The notes below the pieces were generated by a model that worked only from the letters and a program-made list of their open reading frames with translations, made no database searches and was not told the origin of the DNA. A program made the position numbers and the translations under genes. From Camelus dromedarius (taxonomy: Eukaryota), in contig NC_087437.1 of the NCBI RefSeq assembly GCF_036321535.1, positions 87,360,001 through 87,424,000 of the forward strand: a stretch of 64,000 bases of DNA. Reading direction: 5' to 3'. This document shows, piece after piece, positions 1-12,437 of this stretch (positions within the stretch are counted from its first letter, which is position 1; the number at the start of each line of letters is the position of its first letter).

Positions 1-649
1 AAAATATTTTAAATACTGAAGCTGACTTACATAAAAATGTTAAGCACTTATACTGAGCAATATGCCATATAGAATAGATAATTCCTTTGGTAACAATTCC
101 TTGTGATTAAAATTATGGGTTTATGGATAGGAAACGATGCCAAAAAGTCATTTGGATGAGCATCCTAGTTTCATTTGAACTATCCCAAACAGATGTGATT
201 AACTGCAGTGAAAGATAGCTTTGCTTTTATAACTGGAAGCCAAAAACTTTATCATCCTGAGGATCCAAAATTAGAAAAAAAATTGTTTTTAATTTACAGT
301 TACAGTGATTCAAATCCCAGGAACTTGACTAAAAGAAAATATCACACTCTAGAAGGGGTAACTTAACGTGTTTTGATGAATCAATCTATTTGCTAATGTC
401 TCAAGCAGAGTGTGTCATGTTTTTCCTACTAGACAGCTCCCTTAAGCAGACATCTCCTGATCTTGAAGCTGCCTAACGGAGCTTCCCCATTGCTGATGTC
501 TTTGTGCTCTAAATGGGTTTGCCAGCATTTACGTACAGAATATGGTCTACTGAACCAATAAGAGTTTCCAGGTCCTGAGAAGCTAGAATAGTGTTGGTTC
601 TTGTGGGACATTAATGCTAGGCTTTAAACATCACTCAAGAAAATCATCT

Positions 650-1111
650 CTATCAGATAGTTGGCTATTACTATGAAACAGGTCACTCTAAAATTTAATG
701 ACAATATAGTAAGCATTTTTAATGCTCATGAATCTATGTGTCAGTTTAGTAATTATTTGGTCTCATCTAAGCTCACCCAACATCATATCTGCACACAGCT
801 GAGGGAGGGGTAGGTGGATTTATTAATCTGGTCCAGTTTGGGGTCATTTTGGTGTAGAGTGGTCCAGGACTGCCTTGACTGAGATAACTAGCTGGATCAG
901 GCTCATTCTTGTGGGGATAGAAGGATCTAAAGAGGAAGCAAGAAAGTTAAAGAAGGAACACCATGACTCCTGCAGAATTCTAATGGCCAAAGCAAGTCAC
1001 AAGGCCAGTTCAGAGTCAGCACAGAAAGAGACTACACAGTTACAGGGTCAGCTGTGGGCTACAAGGAGGTCATTAGTTGAGGCCAACAATGCAATCAGTT
1101 AATCTGTCACA
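650..1111 (-). mobile_element. MaLR solo LTR (MLT1H/I/J-like)
   Basis: Contains the MLT1 antisense motifs 'attctaatggccaaagcaagtcacaaggccagttcagagtc' and 'tgctcatgaatctatg', and ends 'aatctgtcaca'. Boundaries approximate. Confidence 0.75.
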
Positions 1112-1409
1112 ACATCACATCAGCTTTGCCTTCTACTCTTTAGCACACTAGTCTTCCTGAGCCTCTGAAAGAATAGTACAATAATAATATTTTATACATT
1201 GTATTGTTGTTATGATAAATAACAATATTATTGGCCCACAGTTCTTTTTGTAAGGCCTGAGACCCTGGAAAAACAAGTTTGTAATGAAAGTATTTATATT
1301 CATACTTACTAATTGTAAGTTCACACAAACAAGTTGATTACATTAAGTACTGGAGCAGTGCATTCTTGTCTTTCCACTCTAGGGGAAAGAATGGAAACTG
1401 TGGAGTTCA

Positions 1410-1520
1410 TTGTGACAGTGTTTGAATCCTGGCTCCATCACTTGCTAACACATTGAATTTGTGTGAATTATTTAACCTCTCTGAGCTTCCATTTTCTCAG
1501 TGGTAAAAATAAGAATTGCC
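1410..1520 (+). mobile_element. MIR SINE fragment
   Basis: MIR core 'gtttgaatcctggctccatcacttgcta...ttatttaacctctctgagcttccattttctc...gtaaaaat'. Confidence 0.85.
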
Positions 1521-1661
1521 ATGTTAATGGTAAAAAGTATCAAAAAGGCTACCTATGTTTGTATCTGAAATGAAACAGGTACATTCCCTACATTTGTTCC
1601 TTTTCCTTCTCACTCCGCTAAGGAAGTCATCAGACCTTGATTTCACCACCATATATATTCA

Positions 1662-1903
1662 ACAGTGTTGACTATAGGGTCTTCTTTTGTATACCGCCAC
1701 TGCGCCCACCAGTTTACATCCTCTAGTGTTTCCCTGCAGGGTCACTGTTAGTTTTTTGGGTGGGACCATTTTTCATGGTACAAGATATCCTTCACTCTTG
1801 AAAACTATCCAGCATGTCTGGCTACACCCACTTGAACTATGGGTTACTTCCAAAAGTCCCTCTACATTTTCGAACATTCCTATAGAAGACGCTGAGAACC
1901 ACA
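1662..1903. mobile_element. Degenerate hAT-Charlie MITE (MER20B-like)
   Basis: Ends 'gctgagaaccac'. Internal 'cactgttagttttttgggtgggaccatttttcat' resembles the MER20 family. Confidence 0.4.
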
Positions 1904-2330
1904 GTTGAGAATAATACCCCTTAGAGTCTAAATTCTACAATATTGATCCACTAAAGCTGTTGTATACAGTACCCCAGCTTATTGGAGTTTTTTTTTTCCC
2001 TACTACATTATATGGCAATTCAAATTTCTAGGAGTGAGAGATAGAAAAAAGATTTGAAGAGAGAAATATTTCCCATGGAATGGGACCCAAGGAGTGGTGT
2101 CTTTAATGTTCTGGCCAGAGCTGTGATTTGAAGCACACTTACTTTCTAAAATGTCTCCTGAATATCTGTTATTATCCACTATATCTATTTGGATTAAGAC
2201 ATGAAAGACCCTTGCAAAGACATGAGCATATTATTTAGAACAAATTATAATATTCTTATCTGTATGTGATTTTATGCAAAAGAATCCATCAAATTAGTAC
2301 ATAGAAGCTTGCATGGTCATAAAAGATTTA

Positions 2331-4516
2331 AAGGCATACCTCAGAGAGATTGTGGATTCAGGTCCAGACCACCACAATAAAGTGAATATTGCAATAAAAT
2401 GAATTACACAAATCTTTGGTCTCTCAGTGCATATAAAAGTTATGTTTACACTAGACTGTAGTCTATTAACTGGGTAATAGTATTGTATCTAAATAAACAA
2501 TGTACATTAAAAATACTTTATTACTAAAAAAATGATAGCTATTATCTGAGCCTTCAATGAGTAGTAATCTTTTTGCTGGTGGAGGTTTGTGCCTCAGTGT
2601 TGATGGCTGCTGACTGATAAGGGTGGTAGTTGCTGAAGCTCAGGTGGCTATGGCAATTTCTTAAAATAAGACAACAATGAAATTTGCTGCATCAGTGGAC
2701 TCTTTCTTTCATGAATGATTTCTCTGTCAATGCAATGCTGTTTGATGGCATTTTACTCACAGTAGAACTTCTTTCAAAATTAGAGTCAATCCTCTCAAAC
2801 CCTGATGTTGCTTTATTAACTAACTTTATGTAATACTCTAAACCCTGTGTTGTCATTTCAACGCTCTCCACAGCATCTTTACCAGGAGGAGATTTCATCT
2901 CAATAAACCACTTTCTTTGCTCATCAGTAGAAGCAACTCCTCATCTGTTCAAATTTTATTATGAGATTGCAGCAATTCAGTCACATCTTCAAGCTCCGTT
3001 TCTAATTTTAGTCCTCTTGTTATTTCCACCACATCTGCAGTTACTTCCTCCACTGAAATCTTGAACCCCTCAAAGTCATTCATGAGAGTTAGAATCAACT
3101 TCTTCCAAACTCCTATTAATGCTGGTATTAATATCTTCCCATAAATCATGAATGTTTTTAATGGCATCTAAAATGATGAATCCTTTCCAGAAGCTTTTCA
3201 GTTGACTTTGCCCAGATCCAATAGAGGAATCACTCTCTTTGGCAGCTCTAGCCTTATGAAGTGTATTTCTTAAACACATTTGTATTGACCCATGGGCTGC
3301 AGAATAGATGTTGTGTTAGGAGTCATGAAAACAACATTCATCTCATTGTGTATCTCCATCAGAGCTCTTGGGTAACCAGGTGCGTTGCCAGTGAGCAGTA
3401 ATACTTTGAAAGGAATCTTTTCACTGAGCAATAGGTCTCAACAGTGGGCTTAAAATATTCAGTAAGCTGTGTTATAAACAGATGTGCTTTGTTCCATTTA
3501 TAGCGTACAAGCAGATTCTCATTAACCCCTAATGAGAGTGAGCCTGTTTTTTGAAACTTTGAATTCACCTTGACTTCTCTTCTCTAGCTATGAAAGTCCC
3601 AAGTGGCATCTTCTTCCAATATTGGCATTTTCTTCCACTATAAAATCTGTTGTTTAGTGTAGCTGCCATTATTAATTTTCTTAGCTAGAACTTCTAAATA
3701 ACTTGCTACAGCTTTGACATCAGCACTTGCTGCTTCACCTTGCACTTTTATGTCATGGAGACAGCTTCTTTCCTAAAACCTCATGACTTCGTCTCCACTA
3801 CCTTCAAACATTTCTCCTGCAGCTTCCTTTCCTCTCTAAGCTTTCACAGAATTGAAGAGAGTTAAGGCCTTGCTCTGGATTAGGCTTTGGCTTAAGGGAA
3901 TCTTGTGGCTGGTTTGATCTTCTATCCAGACCACTAAAACTTTCTCCGTGTCAGGTGTAGGGCTGATTTGCTTTCTTATCATTTGTGTATTCACGGGAGG
4001 AGGACTTTTACTTTCCTTCAAGAAATTTTCTTTGCATTCACAACTTGGCTATATAATACAAGAGACCTCACTCTTAGCCTATCTTGGCTTTCCACATGCT
4101 TTCCTTACTAGTGAGAGACATGTGACTCTTCCTTTCATTTCAATGCTTAGAGGCCATTTTAGGGTTAATAGTTGACCTGATTTCAATATTGTTGTGTCTC
4201 AGGGAATAGGAAGTCACCAGGAGAGGGAGAGAAATGAGGGAACTGCCAGTCAGTGGAGTAATCAGAATAAACACAACATTTATTGATTAAAGTTGCTGAC
4301 TTCCATGGGTGTGGTTCATGATGTCCCCAAACAATTACAACAGTAACATCAAAGATGACTGATTACAGATCACTATAAAAATATAATAATAATGAAAAAG
4401 TTTGAAATATTGCAAGAATTAGCAAAATGTGACACACTTACTCAATGCAGGGTTGCCACAAGCTTTCAATTTGTAAAAGCAGTATCTGTGAAGTGCAATA
4501 AAATGAGATACGCCTA
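2331..4516 (-). mobile_element. Tigger1 (pogo/TcMar) DNA transposon, near full length, with decayed transposase
   Basis: Termini 'aaggcatacctcagagagattg' and 'gcaataaaatgagatacgccta' are flanked by TA at 2329-2330 and 4517-4518. Minus-strand ORF fragments match Tigger transposase ([75 protein letters not shown]) and are broken by stops and frameshifts. Confidence 0.95.
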
Positions 4517-5299
4517 TATCTGCAAGGATGGGAATTGAAGAGGAGATTTAAGCTTTCAAAACCTGGGGCAGTTTGGGAAGGACAACTGACCATGATGGGA
4601 GACTCAGGTACCAAACACATTAAGTCTAGAGATTGTAGAAGTAGAAGGAGCCATCAATAAATATAAAAAATAAACATTGATTAAATTAAAATTATCCCTG
4701 AAGGTAGCACTTACTATGTTTCACACCAAATAAATCAATAGCCAAAGCCAGCTGGATACAAAAGAAATTTTTACACCTTTGATCACTAGGAGTGATCGTC
4801 GGCTACTTTGGTTGAAGTATCTGGGTGAAGCTTTTCTCTCTCAGTCTCTCATAAGCTTCTGCCTGACCTCCCAAGTTTACTTTTTTAGTAGAAGATATCA
4901 TTCCCAGAAAAAAACTAAACAAGAAGGTTCTGTTTTAGCCAGTTGGAGAGCTAAGTGCTTTAGGCACAGAATGGATTAAGTGGAACATAAAGAGAGGCAT
5001 AATAGCTTGAATGAACCTAGAACTTGTCATAATTTGAAGAATAAATACATTTGTGTGATGATTTTTAATGCAGAGCAGGAACTGAAAGCTACCAATAGAG
5101 ATATTCAAAGAAAAAATATATTTCCTAATACAGTTTAATAAAATATATTATTATTTTATAGACTATATAATAAATATATTTTAATATTTTTGAGGGATAT
5201 TTAATTTCTCAAAGCTTCACACTGCATTACAGCTTAACATTAGGAGAGATGTGATTTGAATGGCAGAAAGTCTTTACTCAAATATTACTTCAATAGGAT

Positions 5300-5630
5300 G
5301 TGCTCTTAAGTACCCTATTTAAGATTGTATCATTATACTGAATCATTGTGCTATACATCTGAAACTAATATAATATTGTAAATCAACTATGCTTAAAAAA
5401 AAACTGTATTCCGCTTGCACACCTGATCTCCATTACCCTGCATTACATTTTTCTTTCTCTTTTTTCCCCCACAGGATTTATCAATTTCTAAGAGACTGTA
5501 TCATTTATTTCTTTACTATATTTGTTGTTTACTGTCTAAACTCCTTGAGGGCAGAGAGCTATGCTAAAGACTGACTCCTGCCCATTCTGTTCACTGCTAC
5601 ATTCAGTCACCTAGGACAATATTTGTTAAA
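5300..5630 (+). mobile_element. L2 LINE 3' fragment, interrupted by a short L1 tail
   Basis: 'taaactccttgagggcagaga...ctgttcactgctacattc...cctaggacaatatttgtt' is a typical L2 3' end. Confidence 0.65.
5331..5403 (+). mobile_element. Severely 5'-truncated L1 3' end (cetartiodactyl-type)
   Basis: 'actgaatcattgtgctatacatctgaaactaatataatattgtaaatcaactatgctt' plus an A-tail is homologous to the reverse complement of 8490-8550. Imperfect TSD aagattgtat / aaaactgtat. Confidence 0.85.
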
Positions 5631-6059
5631 GGTATAACAAAATGAAGAAAGGGAAATATAGAAGAAACAGCAGGGCCTGGAAGCTTTAAAAGCTGAGCAA
5701 AGATTTTTTAAAAATTCTGCTTCTTTTTCCTGGTTTTAATTAAAAACAAAAATGAGAAGATAAATTTATCTCCTTAAACATTGTAGTTTCAGTGCCCTAC
5801 CTTCTCAGTTTTTAATCTCCTTATCTAGAGTCTTTCTAACCTTCTTTGCCACCTGCTATTAACATAAACATCTGTCAGATAAGTTAGTGATCTTCACTCC
5901 AGGAATGTTTTTCCTGCTCTGTTCCTTTATTATTTGCTTCAAATGTATAAACCTTGCCCTTATCAATATCCTAAATTCCACTGAAGATCATTTACCTGCC
6001 CGGAGTTCCATTCTCTTAGGAAATAAAATAGGAATTGGCTAATTCAGCAAATAAATTTC

Positions 6060-6548
6060 CCAGATACCATTGATTGCCTTTCCAAACCTCATCTTTCTTG
6101 ATGGCAAGATCCTTATTATGACTCTGGGAAGGATGGCACTATCCTGAGGTCCCGTGGTAATTACTGACTAGCCAAAGGCAATCATGGTGGTCCCATTTGC
6201 CTTGTCAGTGATCGGTTTAATCTTGATGATGTGTTACAATACTGGCCAATGAAATATGAGAAAGTGTTTTGGGGTTGTCCTGGAAAAAATTCCATTTTTC
6301 CCTTATACTGGGTAGGGAAATGACTGCAAGTAGTGGCTGAAACTGCAGCAACCATCTTCCTTTGATGACAGGAGCTACACCCACTTACTAAGAATGGCGA
6401 GGTACTTACTCTGTTATGTCTTTAGACCACTCAGTTATGCAAACATGAAGCTACCTTACCCAATGACTTTTTGTTTAGAAAATAAAAATTTTTTGTTGCT
6501 GAGTCATGATTTTCTGTCACTTGCAGTTTAAAACTTCTTAACAAATAA
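6060..6548 (+). mobile_element. MaLR solo LTR (MLT1J/K-like)
   Basis: Motifs 'caatcatggtggtcccatt', 'ctggccaatgaaatatgag', 'gctgaaactgcagcaaccatctt', and a 3' end 'ttttctgtcacttgcag...cttaacaaata'. Confidence 0.75.
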
Positions 6549-7959
6549 CTACAAATATTATATAACTGTCGAGTTTATAAAACAATGTTGAGCAGCGTAT
6601 TTTAAGAGACATTCTGGAGAACTTGTTTGCTCTTTAATCCGTGTTTCAGACACATTAGAAGAAAAAAATTATGCCATGCTTTTCAATCATTTTCAAAGCA
6701 CACAATTTGGAAGACTGTCTATAATCTTTTGGGACTAGTTTTTCTCTGGGCCACAAAATTAAACACTCTGTGTCCTATATTCTTGCCTGTATGTAGATAA
6801 GTTTTAAGAAAGAATAAAGTTCTGGACCAGACATACCGGACAATAAAATAGGCAGTAAAATGCCATAAGATGCTCAAAAATATCTTTAAAATGAATATTG
6901 CCAGAGTGTTCACTTAAGACCATTATTTATCCTATTGGATAATTATCTTTCTATGTTATTTATGGATATTCTCTCTTTTAGGATTTCCCAGCTGACGATA
7001 AATAGGGTTATGTATCTGATTTCACATAGGAAGCCAAGATGAAATACACCTCAGATAATTAAATGCAGGAAGGGTGACCGTCGGCAGAAAGGAAAATGTG
7101 ATAGGTAGAGGGAGAATCTGGCAAGAAGAATAAAACAAAACTGTCTTAGAAGGAAGAAAGTGAACTGAGCTTACTTGCACTTTTCAAGCTGGGTATCTTA
7201 ATGTGTGAATTATCTGTGCTGAGAAAGGAAGAGATGGTCCAAAGGATGTAATAAAATTTAGAGTGCATTAAATTCTACAGCACTGACTTTTCTGTGTAAG
7301 AGGAATACTAGACCAAACACAAGCAAGTGGATCATATATCGTTTCTACACACTGCTGTGCTAGTGAATTCATCCCTGATCTGAATGGTAAGAGCAAATTC
7401 ATGGGGAATGAATAATAGCGTGACATAGCTAATTAATGCCAGTTCAACCCAGGCCTCTTAGGCAATCATGCCAAATTGTACAGTGCAATGGGATGTTTTT
7501 TATGTGACAGTGGTGTATGGGGGATTGATCTGCGAGTGTAAAGACGGCATCAGACTACGGGGCCAGAACTAACTGCTCAGCATTATTGTCATCACTGAAT
7601 TACAGCTTTTTGATGTGGCAAAACTGTCACAAGACTTAACATTTCTGAAATACTATCGTAAAATGGAATTGTGAAATAACTAGCTCATCAAACACTGACA
7701 TTCCATGCTGCTTCCCAGAATTTGAAGCACATATGCAAGTATTTTGAATCTCCTTTACAGAAAAAATCCTTTTTAAGGCCTCAGTTTATGCAATCACAAA
7801 CACCAGGTCTAAAAGGCCAGGTGAGAATGTCCTAATTTTTAAGACATTAATATGATAATTGAATGAAATAAGTATGACTATAAAGGAGACAAATGAGAGC
7901 ATTCTTTTAGAGTAGTTGTTTAAGTAACATACAGGCAAGACATCTCAACTATATATTTA

Positions 7960-8469
7960 TTAGCTATTTCTTACTAGCAGGCTATTTTTCTACCCTGCCA
8001 ATGTCAAGCTAAACCTATTTAATAAATGGTTCATGGAATCTTGAGAAGATATATTCTCTGTTGTTTGCATGTAATTTTTCATATTTTTTTAAAAAATCAA
8101 CCATATTAATTATACTATGCAGATCCTTACTTATTTTTGTGTTTGTTCCGAGAACTGAGAGATGTATTCTTACATGATACAACTGTATTCCATATACATC
8201 TACTCTTATATATTTGACAAATCTTTCCATGATTTAAAACAAGTATTTGATGTATGTCTATTTCAGGACGTATTAATGACAATTATCTGTTCTTTTAAGA
8301 CATTACCTCTTATCAAAGTACTCTTCTTTGGTCCACTGAATAAATTTTTCTTGAATGACAATTTTTCAGATCTTATTATCACATGATATATATTTGTATG
8401 CATTATGTTTCTTTATTATATTCTTGGCTGTTCATTAATTTTATTATTTTTGAGTCACTTTAAACATCA
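7960..8469 (-). mobile_element. Ancient L1 (L1ME/L1M5-age) ORF2 endonuclease remnant
   Basis: ORF 8015-8230 reads HLSVLG..KISKDLHSIINMVD..YEKLHANNREYIFS, resembling the L1 endonuclease segment PLS..D..KI.KD..LN....DL.DIYR.LHP...EYTFFS. Confidence 0.6.
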
Positions 8470-11400
8470 TTATGTATAACTTTTAAAATAATTTTATTGA
8501 AGTATAGTTGATTAACAATGTTGTGTTAGTTTCATACAGCAAAGTGATTAAGTTATACATACATATATATATATTCTTTTTCAGATTCTTTTCCATTATA
8601 GGTTATTGCAAGATTGAACTGAATATAGTTCCTTGTGCTATACAGTAGGTCCTTGTTTATCTGTTTTATATATGGTAGTGTGTATATGTTAATCCCAAAC
8701 TCTTAATTTATCCCTATTCCATTCCTTTCATCTTTGGAAACCGTAAGTTTGTTTTCTATGTCTGTGAGTCTATTTCTGGTGTGTAAATATGTTAATTTGT
8801 ATCCTTTCTATTTTAGATTCCACATGTAAGTGATAACATGATATTTGTCTTTCTCTGTCTGATTTACTTCACTTAATATGATAATCTCTGAATCCATCCA
8901 TGTTGCTGCAAATGGCATTTTTTCATTCTTTTTATGGCTGAGTAATATTCCGTTGTGTATGTACCACATCTTCTTTATGTATTCATCTGTTGATGGACAT
9001 TTAGGTTGCTTCCATGTCTTGGCTATTATAAATAGTGCTGCTATGTACATTGGAGTGCATGCATCCTTTTGAATTAGAGTTTTCTCTAGACATATACTCA
9101 AGAGTGGAATTGCTGGATTATATGTTAACTCTAATTTTAGTGTTCTAAGTAATCTTCATACTGTTTTTCCATAGTGGGTGCACCAATTTACATTCCCACC
9201 AACAGTGTAGGAGTGTTTTCTTTTTCTCCACACCCTCTCCAGCATTTATTATTTGTAGACTTGTTAATGATGTCCATTCTGACTAGTATGAGGATATACC
9301 TCATTGTGCTTTTTACTTGCATTTCTCTAATAATTAGCTATATTGAACATCTTTTCATGTGCTTGTTGTCCATCTATATGCCTTCTTTGGAGAAATGTCT
9401 GTTTAGGTTTACTGCTCATATTTTGGAAATTAATCCCTTGTCAGTTGCATCATTTGCAAATATCTTCTCCCATTCCATAGATTGTCATTTCATTTTGTTT
9501 ATGGTTTCCTTTGCTGTGCAACAGCTTACATGTTTTAGGTCCTATTTGTTTATTTTTGCTTTTATTTCCATTATTCTAGGAGATGGACCCCATAAAATAT
9601 TGCTGCGATTTATGTCAGAGTGTTCAGCCTGCATTTTCCAAGAGTTTTAGCATATCTGGTCTTATATTTAAGTCTTTCATTCATTTTGAGTTTTTTTAAT
9701 ACGAAATTAGAGAATATTCTAATTTCATCCTTTTACAAGTAGCTGTCCAGTCTTCCCAGCACCACTGATCAAAGAGGCTATCTTTTCTCCTTTGCATATT
9801 TTTGATCCTTTGTCATAGATTGACCATAGGGTGTGGGTTTATTTCTGGGCTTTCTGTCCTGTTCCATTGATCTATGTGTCTGTTTTTTGCCAGTACCATA
9901 CTGGTTTGATTACTGTAGCTTTGTAGTATTGTCTGAAGTCAGGGAGCATAATTCTTCCAGCTCCATTCTTCTTTCTCAAGATTCTTTTGTCTATTCAGGG
10001 CCTTTTGTGTTTCCATACAAATTTTAAAGTTTTTTGCTCTTGTTCTGTGAAAAATGCCATTGGTAATTTGAAAGGGATTGCATTGAACCTGTATATTGCC
10101 TTGGGTAGTGGCCATTTTAACAATGTTTATTCTTCCAATTCAAGAACACAATATATCTTTCCATCTATTTGTGTCATCTTCAGTTTCTTTCATCAGTGTC
10201 TTTTAGTTTTCAGAGTATATGTCCTTTGCCTCCTTAGGTAGGTTTATTCCTAGGTATTTTATTCTTTTTGATGAGATAGTAAATGGAATTTTCTTAATTT
10301 ATTTTTCTGATATTTCACTGTTAGTGTAATGCAACAGATTTCTGTATATTAATTTTGTATCCTGCAAGTTTACCAGATTCATTGATGAGCTATAGTAGGT
10401 TTCTGGTAGCATGTTTAGGATTTTCTATGTATAGTGTCATGTCATTAGCAAGCAGTGACAGTTTTACTTCTTTTCCAATTTAGATTCAGTTTATTTTCAG
10501 TTCTTTCTCTTCTCTGATTCCTATGGCTAGGACTTCCAAAACTATGTTGAATAAAAGGCGCAGGAGTGGGCATCCTTGTTTCGTTCCTGATCTTAGAGGG
10601 AATGCTTTCAGCTTTTCTCCATTGAGTATGATATTAGCTGTGACTTGTCATACATGACCTTCACTATGTTGAGGTATGTTCCCTCTACGCCCACTTTCTG
10701 GAGAGTTTTTATCATAAATTGGTGTTGAATTTTATCAAAAAGTTTTTCTGTATCTATTGAGATGATCAAATGGTTTTTATTCTTCAATTTGTTAATGTGG
10801 TGTATCATATTGATTTGTGGATATTGAAAAATCCTTGTATCCCTGGGGTAAATCCCACTTGATCATAGTGTGTGATCTTTTTAATGTATTGTTGGTTCAG
10901 TTTGCTGGTATTTCATTGAGGATTTTGCATCTTTGTTCATAAGTGAAATTGGCCTGTTATTTTCCTTTGGGGGGTATCTTTGTTTAGTTGGTATCAGGGT
11001 GATGGTAGCCACCTAGAATGAGTTCAGATGTGTTCCTTCCTCTGCAATTTTTTGGAATAGTTTCAGATGGATTGGTGTTAACTCTTCTCTAAATGTTTGG
11101 TTAAATTCATCTGTGAAGCCATTTGGTCCTGGACTTTTGTTTGTTGGGAGTTTTTAAATATTGATTCAGTTTTGGTACTGGTAATTGGTCTGTTCTTATT
11201 TTCTATTTCTTCCTGGTTCAGTCTTGGGAGATTGTATTTTTCTAAGAATTTGTCCATTTCTTCTAGGTTGTCCATTTTATTGACATATAGTTGCTTATAG
11301 TAACCTCTTATGATTCTTTGTATTTCTGTGGTTTGGGTTGTAGCTTCTCCATTTTCATTTCTGATTTTATTAATTTGGGCCCTCTACCTTTTTTTCTTGA

Positions 11401-11961
11401 AGAGTCTACCTAAAGTTTATCAATTTTGTTTTTCTTTTCAAAGAATCAGCTTCTAGTTTCATTGATCTTTTGTATTTTTCCAGTCTCTGTTTCTTCTCTG
11501 ATCTTTATGATTTCTTTCCTTCTACTAACTTTGAGTTTTGTTCTTTCTGTAGTTACTTTAGGTGTAATTTTAGGTTGTTTATTTGAGATATTTCTTGTTT
11601 CCTGAGGTAAACTTTTTTTTTGATTTCCTCTTTTGATTTCTTCAGTGATCCATTGGTTGTTTAGTAGCATACTGTTCGGCCCCTACGTGCTTGTGTCTTT
11701 TTCATTTTTTTCCTTGGAGTTGATGTCTAATTGTGGTCAGAAAAGATAGTTGATATGATTTCAGTTTTCTTAAATTTACAGAGGCTTGTCTTGTGGCCAA
11801 GCATGTGATCTGTCCTGGAAAATGTAAAGAGTGTGTATTCTGTTGCTTTCAGATGGAATGCTCTATAAATATCAATTAAGTTCATATGGTCTAACATTTC
11901 ATTTAGAGTCTGTATTTTCTTAATGATTTTCTGTCCTGATGATCTGTCCATTGATGCAAGT

Positions 11962-12119
11962 GGGGTGTTAAAGTCCTCCACTATTATTGTGTTACTGTTG
12001 ATTTCTCTCTTTACATCTGTTAGTATTTGCCTTATATATTGGGGTGTTAAAATCCTCCACTGTTACTGTGTTACTGTTGATTTCTCTCTTTACATCTGTT
12101 AGTATTTGCCTTATATATT
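11962..12119. repeat. 79-bp tandem duplication inside L1 ORF2
   Basis: Units 11962-12040 and 12041-12119 differ at 3 positions. Confidence 0.95.
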
Positions 12120-12385
12120 GAGGTGTCCCAATGCTGGGTACATATATATTTACAATGTTATATCTTCTTCTTGTGTTGACACCTTGATCATTATGTAGTG
12201 TGTCCTTCTTTGTCTCTTGTTACAGTCTTTATTTTAAAGTATATTTTGTCTGATATAAGTATTCCTACTCTGGCTTTCTTTTGGTTTCCATTTTCACGGA
12301 ATACCTTTTTTCCAGTCCCTCACTTTCAGTCTGCATGTTTTTTTAGATCTGAAGTGAGTCTTTGTAGGTAGCAGATATCCAGGTT

Positions 12386-12436
<51 letters not shown>
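12386..12436. repeat. (TTG)17 / (CAA)17 microsatellite
   Basis: Perfect trinucleotide run. It produces the 17-Q tract in ORF 12326-12508. Confidence 0.98.

Positions 12437-12437
<1 letters not shown>

Noticed and set aside
2692..4021. Domesticated TIGD1-like transposase gene
   Set aside because: The reading frame is fragmented by stops, frameshifts and deletions, and lies within an element with intact termini and TA TSD.
9174..9650. 158-aa hydrophobic plus-strand ORF
   Set aside because: It is the antisense frame of L1 ORF2; T-rich composition gives spurious membrane-like peptides.
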